Assembly: GCA_016219865.1 (NCBI GenBank)
Contig: JACRKF010000033.1
Coordinates: forward strand, 123,954 to 187,953
Origin: Candidatus Woesearchaeota archaeon
GTDB taxonomy: Archaea; Nanobdellota; Nanobdellia; Woesearchaeales; DSVV01
DNA: 64,000 nucleotides
Direction: 5' to 3'
Part shown: positions 36,217 to 46,401 of the stretch, piece by piece
Layout: the number at the start of each line of letters is the position of its first letter
How positions within the stretch are numbered: the first letter of the stretch is position 1
The notes under the pieces: model-generated
What the model was told of the DNA's origin: nothing
The model's input: the letters and a program-made list of their open reading frames with translations, nothing else
Databases searched by the model: none
Program-made: the position numbers and the translations under genes

Positions 36217-37959
36217 ATGTGTGGAATTGTAGGAATTATTTCAAAACATAATTTTTCAATAAAGAATAGTCTCTTAAAATCATTAAAAAAATTAGAATAT
36301 CGAGGTTATGATTCTGTAGGATTTGCAACAAAAGATGGAACAATAAAAAAAGATATTGGTTTCATTGATCCATTTATAGAGAAAACAAAAGATACAGAAA
36401 CAAACCTTGCAATCTCGCACACTCGCTGGTCAACTCATGGAGGAATAACTATTACCAATGCTCATCCTCATGCAAATAAGGAAAAAACAATTATTGCATT
36501 GCACAATGGAATTATAGAGAATTATTTAGAGATAAAACAAGATCTAGAATCAGCAGGCTACCTTTTTACAACGCAAACAGATACAGAAATAATCCCTCAT
36601 TTTTTCGATTATGAATTAAACAAAAAAAAGCAAACAATGCAAAAAGCAATCCAAGAATTTTTTAAACAAGTGCATGGAACATTTGCAATCTTATTGATTC
36701 TCAAAAATCAGAATATATTATACGCATTAAAGCGTGATTCTCCTTTAGTGCTTGGAATAGCGCAAGACAAGTTTATTTTTGCATCAGACATCTATGCATT
36801 CTCTGATGTAACAAACAAAGCAATATTTTTTGAGGATAATGAATATGCAATTGCAACGCAGGAGAAATTCACATTTTATGATAAAGAAGGAAATGAAATC
36901 AAAAAGAATGTCCAAGAATTTTCATGGTCAAAAGAAGAAGAATCAAAACAACATTATCCTCATCACATGATCAAAGAGATCAAAGAACAGCCAGAAACAA
37001 GCAATAGGTTAATTCAGTCTTTTGCAACTATCCAAAAAAACAGAATCGATAAACTTGTCCAATTAATCAGAGAAAGTAAATCAATTGTCTTTTTGGGTTG
37101 TGGCACAAGTTATCATGCTTCTTTGATTGGTGCAATTCTATTAAGTCATCAAGGTATTAATTGCAGAAGCAACATTGCAAGTGAAGCAGAAAGTTTTGTG
37201 AGCTACGACAAAGAAACACTTTGCATTGCAATCTCGCAATCAGGAGAGACAATGGATGTTATTTCAGAATTAAAGCGTGCAAAAGCAGTTGGCGCAACAA
37301 TTGCTTCTATTGTTAATGTGCCTTATTCAACAATTCAGCGTTTCAGTGAAACATCAATTGAAATTTTAGCAGGCCAAGAAGTTTGCGTTGCTGCAACAAA
37401 AACATTCACTAATCAGGTGATAGTTATGTTAGAACTAGCAAGAAGATTTGGATATAAAATAAATATGCAAACAATCTCTGAAAAGATAAAACAAACAATA
37501 ACAGACAACGAAGAGAAGATAAAACAATTAGCAGAAGAGCTTTGCAGAAAAAAAGATATTTTTGTTCTAGGTAAGGGCATGAGTTATCCAATGGCGCGCG
37601 AGATTGCTTTGAAATTAAAAGAGATTGATTATATCCATGCAGAAGGAATGATGGCAGGAGAATTAAAGCACGGCACAATTGCATTGATTGAAGAAGGCAC
37701 TCCTGTAATTAGTTTAGTGCCAAATGACAATAAAGATATGCTTTCTGCAACCCAAGAAGTAAAAGCTAGAGGCGCAAAAACAATTATAATCAGCAATCTA
37801 AAAGATAAGGGTGATATTATTGTGCCGCAATCAGATACAGCAGAATTTGCAATCTACGCTGGAATCATAGGGCATTTATTGAGTTATTATATTGGTGTAT
37901 TATTGAATGTTTCAATTGATAAGCCGAGGAATTTAGCGAAATCATGTACGGTGAAGTAG
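36217..37959 (+). CDS. glmS: glutamine--fructose-6-phosphate aminotransferase
   Basis: N-terminal MCGIVGI (Ntn Cys) plus two SIS domains; 580 aa. Confidence 0.9.
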   Translation: MCGIVGIISKHNFSIKNSLLKSLKKLEYRGYDSVGFATKDGTIKKDIGFIDPFIEKTKDTETNLAISHTRWSTHGGITITNAHPHANKEKTIIALHNGIIENYLEIKQDLESAGYLFTTQTDTEIIPHFFDYELNKKKQTMQKAIQEFFKQVHGTFAILLILKNQNILYALKRDSPLVLGIAQDKFIFASDIYAFSDVTNKAIFFEDNEYAIATQEKFTFYDKEGNEIKKNVQEFSWSKEEESKQHYPHHMIKEIKEQPETSNRLIQSFATIQKNRIDKLVQLIRESKSIVFLGCGTSYHASLIGAILLSHQGINCRSNIASEAESFVSYDKETLCIAISQSGETMDVISELKRAKAVGATIASIVNVPYSTIQRFSETSIEILAGQEVCVAATKTFTNQVIVMLELARRFGYKINMQTISEKIKQTITDNEEKIKQLAEELCRKKDIFVLGKGMSYPMAREIALKLKEIDYIHAEGMMAGELKHGTIALIEEGTPVISLVPNDNKDMLSATQEVKARGAKTIIISNLKDKGDIIVPQSDTAEFAIYAGIIGHLLSYYIGVLLNVSIDKPRNLAKSCTVK

Positions 37960-38077
37960 GATTATTGTATGTTTGGATAAGCTACTAAATCTCTTTAAAT
38001 CAGACGGACATAAATTTCGAGATTATCTTTATCGCTAACCGGAGCGTTAGCGAGATTTAGGTTTGGGTCTCCCAAAT

Positions 38078-38115
38078 AGTATTTTCTGAATGAACTAAGT
38101 GAATTCGAAAATACT
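38078..38115 (+). repeat. HP1 hairpin repeat, copy f
   Basis: AGTATTTTC-tgaatGAACTAAGTGAATtc-GAAAATACT. Confidence 0.5.
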
Positions 38116-38157
38116 AATCGCAATCCTTATTAATCAACTCTTTTTTCTACTTAATTC

Positions 38158-40254
38158 ATGAGAACAAAAATACTTAATTATGCATTTCTTTTAGCCATAG
38201 CTGTGCTTGTCCTCTTTCCATGGTGGCTTGTATTCAATTCAATAATTACTCAAACAATAATCATCACTCTTTTATTCATTGCATTAATCACAAGCAGACG
38301 ATTGATTGAGAAACATCTGCAAAAATCACAGCAAAATGAAATACAAGATATATCAAAAGATTCGCAGCAAAAATTTCAAATTGCTCTATCAATGGAGAAC
38401 TTTGCAAAATTCTCCGAGGATAAACTAAATCTTTATTTATTTGTCAGACAACGCTGGAAATTTCTAACAATACTTTTTATAGTGCTTTTTATTCTGCATG
38501 CATATGCGTTAACATTTTCAGTATTGCCAATTGATGATGAACATTTTCATGCAGCTAAAGGATTATTCTTCCTAATTCCGATAAAATTAATATTAGATAA
38601 GACAAATATTTTAAGCTATTATTCAATGATTATTTTCTTTCTTTTATTAGTAAAGATAGCGTTGATTTACGCTTTTTACAAGTTTATAACAAAGCGAAAT
38701 ATTGAACCAAATAACTACTTAGAAATGTTATATAAATCAACACCATTGCTGATTATTTTCTTTATATTTATTACTTGTTATCATCTATTGGCTTATTTTA
38801 CAATTCACAAATTCTTCCCAACATTCGCTCAGCAGCAATTCGCCTGGCTTATTCGGTATGGTCCAGTCGGTGCAATATTTAATCTTATTCTCTCATTAAT
38901 TGGGTTTCAAGAATTATTCTTTATTCGTTTGCTGCAATTATTTTTTTCATTTTCTTCTGCAATTGTCTTATATCATATTGCTCAATTTTACATTAGCAAG
39001 AAATCAGCTGCATTTGCAGCAATACTCTTTCTTGTTCTTCCATCTGTATTTTATTTTGGTAGCCATGCATTCATGGAATCTGGAGTTGTTTTTTTTACAC
39101 TGCTGAGTGTTTATTTTTTCTTATTATGGCATCAACAAAGAAACACGCAGAAAAGTTCAGATTATCTGCTTTATGCATTTTTAACATTATTAATCGGTTT
39201 TTTTTACAAAGATGCAATATTATTTATTTTCATAATCTTCGTATTATTCTTGCTGTTTGAGATCAATAAAGATACTATCAAACAATTAACTGTAAAAGCA
39301 AATATGAATAAATTAAAAGATATCTTAAAACTATATTTGAAAGAGTATGCTTCATTTATATTACTCTCTTTTTTCTTTCTTTTCTTCACAGTATTTTGGT
39401 TAACAATTAGAAACAAATACATCACGCAATCATATTCAGCTGGCTATCATTTCATCTTACAAAATATTCTTTCAATATCAAAGCTTAGTATGTATGCAGA
39501 ATTGTCTCCATTAATGTTAACATATCCTATTGCAATAATTGCAGTATTTGGATTTATCTTTCTATTGTTAAAAAAGAAAACTCCGCAAGAAAGGTTGTTA
39601 ATTATATGGATTATTTTATTGTATCTGATATATATGTTATATAATTGGAGTGTTGCAGTTCCAAGGTTTTACATTCATTTTTTACCAGCATTACTGCTGA
39701 TATTCTTCATTTTTACAGAATGGTTATATTCATTTTTCATGTTCAAGAAAAATACTGCAAAACATATTTTCTATATTATACTAATTATTCTAACAGCAGC
39801 AACAACTTTGTATCAAACATATCATGAGATAGAAAACAGATATTGGGATTATGATAATTTGTACAAGTTTATTGGAAACAACGTCAATAAAGATCAAAAG
39901 ATTTTATTCCTCACACATGATGTATATTATTATTTTTTTAAATACAACATCAAAAATCCCATTATCACAGAGAATCAATTTCGAGCTTCTGGAAGAATAC
40001 AAGATTTTGAACAATTATATTCTTATATTATAGCAAACAATGTTAGCTACATTATCTTTCCAAATACAGGAGATCTATACACTAGTGTCAGAATGTACTC
40101 TCCAGATCCTTCAAAAGATAAATTACTAGATGAAGATAGGGCAATTATTCTTCAGTTAAATCAAAAACTGGCAGAAATAGACAAAAAAGATAATCTGCAG
40201 ATATTCATTTCAGGGAGCAATATCTTGTATCTAATAAAGGTAGAAAAGAAATAA
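38158..40254 (+). CDS. GT-C fold membrane glycosyltransferase (PMT/ArnT-like, GT39/GT83 family)
   Basis: Polytopic (>10 TM) protein with a DDEHFHAAKG loop motif like the DE(V)HFGK motif of PMT/ArnT enzymes, and a C-terminal soluble domain. Confidence 0.6.
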   Translation: MRTKILNYAFLLAIAVLVLFPWWLVFNSIITQTIIITLLFIALITSRRLIEKHLQKSQQNEIQDISKDSQQKFQIALSMENFAKFSEDKLNLYLFVRQRWKFLTILFIVLFILHAYALTFSVLPIDDEHFHAAKGLFFLIPIKLILDKTNILSYYSMIIFFLLLVKIALIYAFYKFITKRNIEPNNYLEMLYKSTPLLIIFFIFITCYHLLAYFTIHKFFPTFAQQQFAWLIRYGPVGAIFNLILSLIGFQELFFIRLLQLFFSFSSAIVLYHIAQFYISKKSAAFAAILFLVLPSVFYFGSHAFMESGVVFFTLLSVYFFLLWHQQRNTQKSSDYLLYAFLTLLIGFFYKDAILFIFIIFVLFLLFEINKDTIKQLTVKANMNKLKDILKLYLKEYASFILLSFFFLFFTVFWLTIRNKYITQSYSAGYHFILQNILSISKLSMYAELSPLMLTYPIAIIAVFGFIFLLLKKKTPQERLLIIWIILLYLIYMLYNWSVAVPRFYIHFLPALLLIFFIFTEWLYSFFMFKKNTAKHIFYIILIILTAATTLYQTYHEIENRYWDYDNLYKFIGNNVNKDQKILFLTHDVYYYFFKYNIKNPIITENQFRASGRIQDFEQLYSYIIANNVSYIIFPNTGDLYTSVRMYSPDPSKDKLLDEDRAIILQLNQKLAEIDKKDNLQIFISGSNILYLIKVEKK

Positions 40255-40325
40255 AGATCCAAATCGCAGAGCTACGGAGCATTAGACCAATTTTTCTGAG
40301 TAAATCATTTGTTATTTTTGTTGTT

Positions 40326-40363
40326 AGTATTTGCATTGTGAACGAAGTGAACAAGCAAATACT
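40326..40363 (+). repeat. HP1 hairpin repeat, copy g
   Basis: AGTATTTGC-attgtGAACGAAGTGAACaa-GCAAATACT, followed by TTAAAATTTATAAAT. Confidence 0.5.
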
Positions 40364-40399
40364 TAAAATTTATAAATTACTTTCTTTTTCTTTTGCACT

Positions 40400-41599
40400 A
40401 TGGAAGTAAATATTGAACCAAAAAGAAAAATAGAACTCGGCACATTACAGCTTTCACAGAAAGCAAAGCAATTAGTAAACGAAGTTCTTGATTCAAACAG
40501 ATTATCCTATGGTAGGTTCAGCAGGGAATTTGAACAGAAATTTTCAAAGATTCATCAATGCAAATATGGTATCCTTAGTAATTCTGGAACATCTGCATTG
40601 CATGTTGCATTAGCTGCATTAAAAGAGATTCATAATTGGAATGATGACGATGAAGTATTAGTGCCTTCAATAACATTTGTAGCTACATCAAATATTGTAA
40701 TTCATAATAGAATGACTCCTGTTTTTGTTGATATTGAAAAAGAATATTATGGCATAGATCCAGCATTGATAGAGCAGAAAATCACCAAGAGAACACGTGC
40801 AATTATTGTTGTGCATTTATTTGGAATGCCTTGTGCAATGGATGCTATCCATGCAATTGCAAAAGAACACAATCTAAAGATTATTGAAGATTCATGCGAA
40901 ACAATGTTTGCAAGATACAAAGATAAATCTGTGGGAAATCTCAGTGATATTGCTTGTTTTTCAACATATATTGCGCATTTATTAACGACAGGTGTTGGTG
41001 GTATTAACACTACGAATAATTTAGAATATGCAATCAAATTGCGTTCATTGGTTAATCATGGCAGAGATTCAATCTATTTTTCAATTGATGATGATGATAA
41101 CAAATCTGCTGATGAATTAAAAGAAATCATTGCAAAAAGATTCTCATTTGTTTCAGTTGGCCACAGCTTTCGTGTAACTGAAATGGAAGCAGCATTAGGA
41201 GTTGCGCAGCTTGATGCTTGGAATGATATGATTGCAAAGCGAAGATATAATGGAAAATATTTAATGCAAAAACTTTCTCATCTTTCTAGATTCATGCAAT
41301 TGCCAAAGCTTCGAGAAGGCGCTGAACATTCATTTATGATGTTTCCATTAGTTCTCCATAATGAACAAAAACAAGAATTTGTTAATTATCTGGAAAATCA
41401 TGGAATAGAAACAAGAGATTTAATGCCGTTAATAAATCAGCCAATTTATCAGAAACTCTTTAATATCAAATACGCAGATTATCCAATTGCAGACTGGATT
41501 AATAAGAATGGTTTCTACATTCCTTGTCATCAGGATTTAACGCAAGAAGATTTAGATTATATTGTGGCTGTTTTTGATAACTATTTCAATAATGTTTGA
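40400..41599 (+). CDS. DegT/DnrJ/EryC1/StrS-family PLP-dependent sugar aminotransferase
   Basis: ..NSGTSALHVALAAL.., overall aminotransferase fold; 399 aa. Confidence 0.75.
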   Translation: MEVNIEPKRKIELGTLQLSQKAKQLVNEVLDSNRLSYGRFSREFEQKFSKIHQCKYGILSNSGTSALHVALAALKEIHNWNDDDEVLVPSITFVATSNIVIHNRMTPVFVDIEKEYYGIDPALIEQKITKRTRAIIVVHLFGMPCAMDAIHAIAKEHNLKIIEDSCETMFARYKDKSVGNLSDIACFSTYIAHLLTTGVGGINTTNNLEYAIKLRSLVNHGRDSIYFSIDDDDNKSADELKEIIAKRFSFVSVGHSFRVTEMEAALGVAQLDAWNDMIAKRRYNGKYLMQKLSHLSRFMQLPKLREGAEHSFMMFPLVLHNEQKQEFVNYLENHGIETRDLMPLINQPIYQKLFNIKYADYPIADWINKNGFYIPCHQDLTQEDLDYIVAVFDNYFNNV

Positions 41600-41711
41600 T
41601 CGTATTAACTAAGCTTAAAAAAATGACGAACGAACCTCGTCAGCCCTTACGTGAGCTGGCGCCAAAACTTGGTGCGATTTCGTTTTACTCAATCGCACTA
41701 ACTGAATATAT

Positions 41712-41736
41712 AAAAAGCGAACGAAGTGAGCTTTTT
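41712..41736 (+). repeat. HP1 hairpin repeat, copy h
   Basis: AAAAAGC-GAACGAAGTGA-GCTTTTT. Confidence 0.5.
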
Positions 41737-41751
41737 ATTTGGAGATTTTTT

Positions 41752-42528
41752 ATGGAAACAAAACTAATATTCAACAATTCTCGTGGCAGCAAATTAGTTG
41801 GTATTCTTAGTAAAAAAAGTAATAAAGATATTGTTATTCTTTGTCATGGATTTACAAGCGATAAGAACAGCGCAAAAAATGTTGAGATTTCAAGAAAGTT
41901 AACTGATGTTTCAACGTTTCGTTTTGATTTTTTTGCTCATGGTGAAAGTGACGGCAATATGGAGAATATTACTGTCTCAGAAGGTGTTGATGGTATCCTC
42001 GCTGCAATAAACTATCTAAGAAAATTAAAGTATAAAAATATAGGTTTGCTTGGTTCAAGTTATGGTGGTTTATGCAGTATTATGGCTGCTGCAAAAGCAG
42101 CAAACGCAGATGATCTGCAATATCTCATTCTTGTTGCGCCTGTTTCAGATTATGAAGATGCAAAAAGAAAATCAGGTGGAGAACAATACATTGTTGATTG
42201 GCAGAAAAAAGGTTATGTTTATTATCCAAAGAAAGATGGAAAAAAGATAAGATTAAACATCTCTTTTTACAACGATTTCAAAAACAATATTGCGTACACA
42301 ATCGCAGATAAAATCAAGATTCCAACATTGCTCGTTCATGGTACAGAGGACAGATCAGTTCCTTTCCAGCAATCATCTAAATTATTTAAATTATTGCAGT
42401 GTGATAAGCAATTAGTAAAAGTAACTGGCGGAGATCACCGTTTCACAGATCCGCAAGATTTTGAGCAAGTAATAAACGTAATTGTTGATTTCATAAACAA
42501 TCAAGCGCACGGGATTTCTGAGAAATAA
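41752..42528 (+). CDS. alpha/beta-hydrolase (esterase/peptidase-like)
   Basis: ILCHGFTSDKNS, nucleophile elbow GSSYGG, and C-terminal HGTEDRSVP ... DH. The start at 41752 (METKLIF, preceded by ggag) is preferred over the track start 41596, which runs through upstream hairpins. Confidence 0.6.
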   Translation: METKLIFNNSRGSKLVGILSKKSNKDIVILCHGFTSDKNSAKNVEISRKLTDVSTFRFDFFAHGESDGNMENITVSEGVDGILAAINYLRKLKYKNIGLLGSSYGGLCSIMAAAKAANADDLQYLILVAPVSDYEDAKRKSGGEQYIVDWQKKGYVYYPKKDGKKIRLNISFYNDFKNNIAYTIADKIKIPTLLVHGTEDRSVPFQQSSKLFKLLQCDKQLVKVTGGDHRFTDPQDFEQVINVIVDFINNQAHGISEK

Positions 42529-42580
42529 AAATCTGCAAACATCCATAAACCTTTTATAATCCCTCTTTTTCTATAATGAT

Positions 42581-43609
42581 ATGCAATCTCAACAACAATC
42601 TCAGCCATTCATCTCAATAATTATTCCTGCATATAATGCGGAGAAATACATTGCATTAGTTTTAGAAGCAATTTCTAACCAAGATTACCCAAAAGAAAAG
42701 CTGGAAGTTATTGTTGTAGATGACAATTCAACAGATAAAACTGTAGAAATCGCAAAGAGCTATGAAAAAAGATTCCACAATTTTAAGCTACTCATCAAAG
42801 AAGGAATTAAAGGCGCAGCGAAATCAACAAACATGGGTATTAAAGAAGCAAAAGGTGAAATAGTTTGCAGTATTGATTCTGATGCAATTTTACAAAACAA
42901 AAATTGGTTGCAAGAGATAGTCTCTCATTTTGAAGATAAAACAGTTGCAGCAGTTGCAGGCTATATTGCAACAGGCAACACATATAATATCTGGGCAAGA
43001 TTAATGGGAGCTGAATTAGAGGACAGATATGATTCAATTTTAACTGAAAATGTTGATCATGTTTCAACTTGCAATACTGCATATAGAAAATCTTTTATTG
43101 AGAAAGTAAATCTATTCGATGAAAACTTATATTATGGTTATGATGTTGATTTATCCTACAAACTAAAAAATGCTGGCTTTACAATAAAGTTAGTAAAAAC
43201 AGTTGGCTGCAATCATTATTGGAAAGAAACTCTTCTTGGCTACCTTAAACAGCAGTTTAATGTAGCTTATGGTCGATTGTATCTCATCAACAGATACCCG
43301 CAGAAAGCATCAGGAGATAAAGTTGCAGGAATGTTCCAGTTTGTGCAAGTGCCTATGACTTTTCTGATAGGCTTCTTTTTAATCTTCAGTCTTTTCTCAT
43401 TTTCTTCAGTATACATCGCAGTATTATTTCTTATTTTACTGCTAATCATGCAGCTTCCGCAGCTATGGAGAATAATAAAAAAGAAAAAAGATGCTTCTTA
43501 TCTTCTGCTGCCATTCCTAAATATTGCAAGGAACATGACGTGGTGCATCGCGCTTCTATCTTATTACTTTGACAAAATGAGAGGAAAAACAAAGATTAAA
43601 ATTCTTTAA
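42581..43609 (+). CDS. family 2 glycosyltransferase with C-terminal TM helices
   Basis: ISIIIPAYNAEKYI, VIVVDDNSTDKT, DSDA. Confidence 0.75.
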   Translation: MQSQQQSQPFISIIIPAYNAEKYIALVLEAISNQDYPKEKLEVIVVDDNSTDKTVEIAKSYEKRFHNFKLLIKEGIKGAAKSTNMGIKEAKGEIVCSIDSDAILQNKNWLQEIVSHFEDKTVAAVAGYIATGNTYNIWARLMGAELEDRYDSILTENVDHVSTCNTAYRKSFIEKVNLFDENLYYGYDVDLSYKLKNAGFTIKLVKTVGCNHYWKETLLGYLKQQFNVAYGRLYLINRYPQKASGDKVAGMFQFVQVPMTFLIGFFLIFSLFSFSSVYIAVLFLILLLIMQLPQLWRIIKKKKDASYLLLPFLNIARNMTWCIALLSYYFDKMRGKTKIKIL

Positions 43610-43730
43610 CTATAAACTATAGCAATCATATTTTTATATATCTGAACAATCTAAGAAAATAGGCTATCGATTATTATTGATATTGTTTCATTAGATTTAT
43701 AAATAAATCTAGAGTCTTGCACAAAGAAGG

Positions 43731-45173
43731 ATGGTGGTTCCTATGAAGAAAGTTGTTTTTACTGTTGCTCCAAAGGTTAATGGAAGAAGACCTGAAAGGT
43801 CATTTGGTTGTTCATATACATTATATGATATGCCTGATTTAGGTATTTTATACACTGCAGCAGTTTTACGAAACGCTGGTCATCATGTTGAAATATTAGA
43901 TGAACCAGATGTTGATTGGGATGTTTATGTGGAGAAATTAGTAGCTTTAGGCGCAGATTATTATGTGCATCATACTCCTATTCTCGCAACAAAGATTGAT
44001 ATTAAATTAACAAATCAATTGCTTGAGAAATTACCAAATACAAAAATTGTTTACTTTGGTCCTCATCCAACATATGTTCCTGATAAATTCTTAACTGACG
44101 AACGTATTGTTGTAGCGCGAGGAGAAGCTGAATTTGTTATCAAAGATATTGTTGATGGTAAACAATATTCAGAAATTAAAGGATTAAGTTATTTAATTAA
44201 TGGCAAGATGGTAGAAAACGAAACAGCTGATATTATTCCAGATATTAATAGCTTGCCATTGCCTGCAAGAGACTTAGATAAGAAAAGTTATGCAAATCCA
44301 AAAATAGGTGGACAGAAATATACAAATGTATTAACTTCAAGAGGCTGTTCTTATGGTTGTTATTACTGTGTTCCAAATGCAATTTCATGGGCAAGAGAAT
44401 TAGAATGGAAACGTTTTCATAAAGGAAAACCTCCAGTTACAAAACGTTCTCCTGAAAAAGTAATTGAAGAAATTAGAGAATTATCAAAACAAGGTTATAA
44501 AGAATTTTCAATCATTGATGATCAATTTATCTGGGAAAAAGACAGAACATTAGCGCTTCTAAAAGGTCTGAAAGAATTAAACATCAAATACGGCATTCTT
44601 GCGCGAGCAGATAGATTGACAGACGAAGAAGTTATAAAAGCATTAGCTGATTCTGGCTGTCAATATGTTGATATTGGTGTTGAATCATTTGATCAGAAAG
44701 TTCTGGATTATATTAGAAAAGGCATGAAAATAGAATGTGTTTATACAGCAATTGATTTATTAGTCAAACATGGTATTACGCCAAAAGTAAATATCATGTT
44801 TGGTACTGCTCCAGTTGAAACACGAGAATCTATTATTAATACAATCAAAGAAACAAAGGCATTGCCTATTGATTATTGTATGTTTTCAATCGCAACTCCA
44901 TTTCCTGGAACAGATTTCGAAAAACACGTTAAAGAGCTTGGTTGGATGACTGATAATGGTGAAGGAGATAATATTTATGAGAATCTTAACCCAGCAAAAC
45001 GTTCAATAATTAAGCCAGGACAATTGACTGACAAAGAGTTAGAATCACTTGCAAAACGCGCGAATCGAGAATTTTATCTAAGACCAACTATCTTGGTAAA
45101 GCAGATCCGAAAGACAAATTCGATCAAAGGATTAACGCAAGGTGTAAAGACTCTAGTTAATGTTATTAAATAA
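43731..45173 (+). CDS. B12-binding-domain radical SAM enzyme (class B-like)
   Basis: N-terminal cobalamin-binding-like Rossmann region; radical SAM CxxxCxxC (SRGCSYGCYYC). Confidence 0.7.
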   Translation: MVVPMKKVVFTVAPKVNGRRPERSFGCSYTLYDMPDLGILYTAAVLRNAGHHVEILDEPDVDWDVYVEKLVALGADYYVHHTPILATKIDIKLTNQLLEKLPNTKIVYFGPHPTYVPDKFLTDERIVVARGEAEFVIKDIVDGKQYSEIKGLSYLINGKMVENETADIIPDINSLPLPARDLDKKSYANPKIGGQKYTNVLTSRGCSYGCYYCVPNAISWARELEWKRFHKGKPPVTKRSPEKVIEEIRELSKQGYKEFSIIDDQFIWEKDRTLALLKGLKELNIKYGILARADRLTDEEVIKALADSGCQYVDIGVESFDQKVLDYIRKGMKIECVYTAIDLLVKHGITPKVNIMFGTAPVETRESIINTIKETKALPIDYCMFSIATPFPGTDFEKHVKELGWMTDNGEGDNIYENLNPAKRSIIKPGQLTDKELESLAKRANREFYLRPTILVKQIRKTNSIKGLTQGVKTLVNVIK

Positions 45174-45198
45174 TCTAAATTATCAATTAACAATAATC

Positions 45199-45236
45199 AA
45201 AACTAAAAACTAATTAACTTGTTTTTTAGTTTTTTG
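45199..45236 (+). terminator. hairpin plus T-tract after the B12-rSAM gene
   Basis: AAAACTAAAAAC-taattaactt-GTTTTTTAGTTTT, then ttt. Confidence 0.45.
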
Positions 45237-45246
45237 GAGTTTTTCC

Positions 45247-46311
45247 ATGAATAACCATCCTGCAATAGAAGCTGTACGAAGAATGTTTTACATGATTCCA
45301 ACTACTCCAAGCTATGTCCAATTTGAGATAACAAATGAATGTAATCTTGCATGTAAGATGTGTCCAAGGGAAGTGCTTGGTGTAAAATTCATTAATATGG
45401 ATTTTGAAATGTTCAAACGCCTCGTTGATAAACTTGAAGGAGTAACTATGGTTTCCTTAACAGGTTGGGGTGAACCATTAGTGCATCCAAATCTTATTGA
45501 GATGATTAAATATTGTAAATTTAAGGGAATAATCACAAAATTCACAACCAATGGTGTATTATTCACTCCAGCATTATTGCAAGGAATATTTGATGCAAAA
45601 CTTGATGAGATTACATTTTCAATTGATTCAATTGCAATTGATCCTAAAAATGAATGGGGTCATCTGAACAAAGTTGCATTAAAATATATTCAGCAGATTC
45701 TTACGCAGAGAAAAGATCATAATGGATTTCCAAAATTAACATTGCAAGTTATGCTGCAGAAAGGAAGAGCAAAAGATATTTTTGATGTTATAGAATGGGG
45801 ATCGCAAAAAGGAGCAGATAAAATAAACATTGGAAGATTAAATTTAAGTTTTGATCCTAACTTAGTGCGGCCTTCATTAGAAGAAGAACAACATATCTTA
45901 GACACTGCAGAAGAACTTGGTGAGAAACACAAAATACAGATTGATTGCATCCAAGGCGGCATAGGCGCTGGATTTACAAGAAAAGTTTACAAGGCAACAA
46001 AAAAGTATCTTCACAAAGGTGGAAAACATTGCTTAAAAACTTATGATTATTGTTATGTTAATGTGCATGGGAAAATAACGCCTTGTTGTTTGCTTCCAAA
46101 TTATGCAGTTGGTGATTTTAATACTGTGAGTTTAAAGGAAATCTGGAACAGCGAAAAATTCAATCATTTTCGAGCAAATGAAGAAAAGATCTGCGGGAGC
46201 TGCGATGTCATGCGGGTGAACATGTTAGATCAAAGTGGAAATCACGCAAATCATATATCATCTAAAGACTCACAACAAAAACAACCACAACTATTACAAA
46301 TAAAACTTTAA
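45247..46311 (+). CDS. radical SAM enzyme with a C-terminal SPASM/twitch Cys-rich domain
   Basis: FEITNECNLACKMCP (CxxxCxxC); C-terminal ..CCLLPN..CGSCDVM.. Confidence 0.75.
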   Translation: MNNHPAIEAVRRMFYMIPTTPSYVQFEITNECNLACKMCPREVLGVKFINMDFEMFKRLVDKLEGVTMVSLTGWGEPLVHPNLIEMIKYCKFKGIITKFTTNGVLFTPALLQGIFDAKLDEITFSIDSIAIDPKNEWGHLNKVALKYIQQILTQRKDHNGFPKLTLQVMLQKGRAKDIFDVIEWGSQKGADKINIGRLNLSFDPNLVRPSLEEEQHILDTAEELGEKHKIQIDCIQGGIGAGFTRKVYKATKKYLHKGGKHCLKTYDYCYVNVHGKITPCCLLPNYAVGDFNTVSLKEIWNSEKFNHFRANEEKICGSCDVMRVNMLDQSGNHANHISSKDSQQKQPQLLQIKL

Positions 46312-46328
46312 TCATTTATAATCAAAAC

Positions 46329-46365
46329 TTATAATTCTGCTGAACGCAGTTCAGCAGAATTATAA
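46329..46365. repeat. perfect ~17-bp inverted repeat between the rSAM gene and the Dpm1-like gene
   Basis: TTATAATTCTGCTGAAC-gca-GTTCAGCAGAATTATAA. Confidence 0.6.
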
Positions 46366-46401
46366 ACATTTTTAAATAAAAGTATAATCAACACAAATTG
46401 T

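Noticed and set aside
41596-41751. N-terminal 52 codons of track ORF 41596..42528
   Set aside because: This region carries two hairpins, one of them an HP1 copy. A ggag ribosome-binding motif precedes the internal ATG at 41752, so the upstream extension is not coding.
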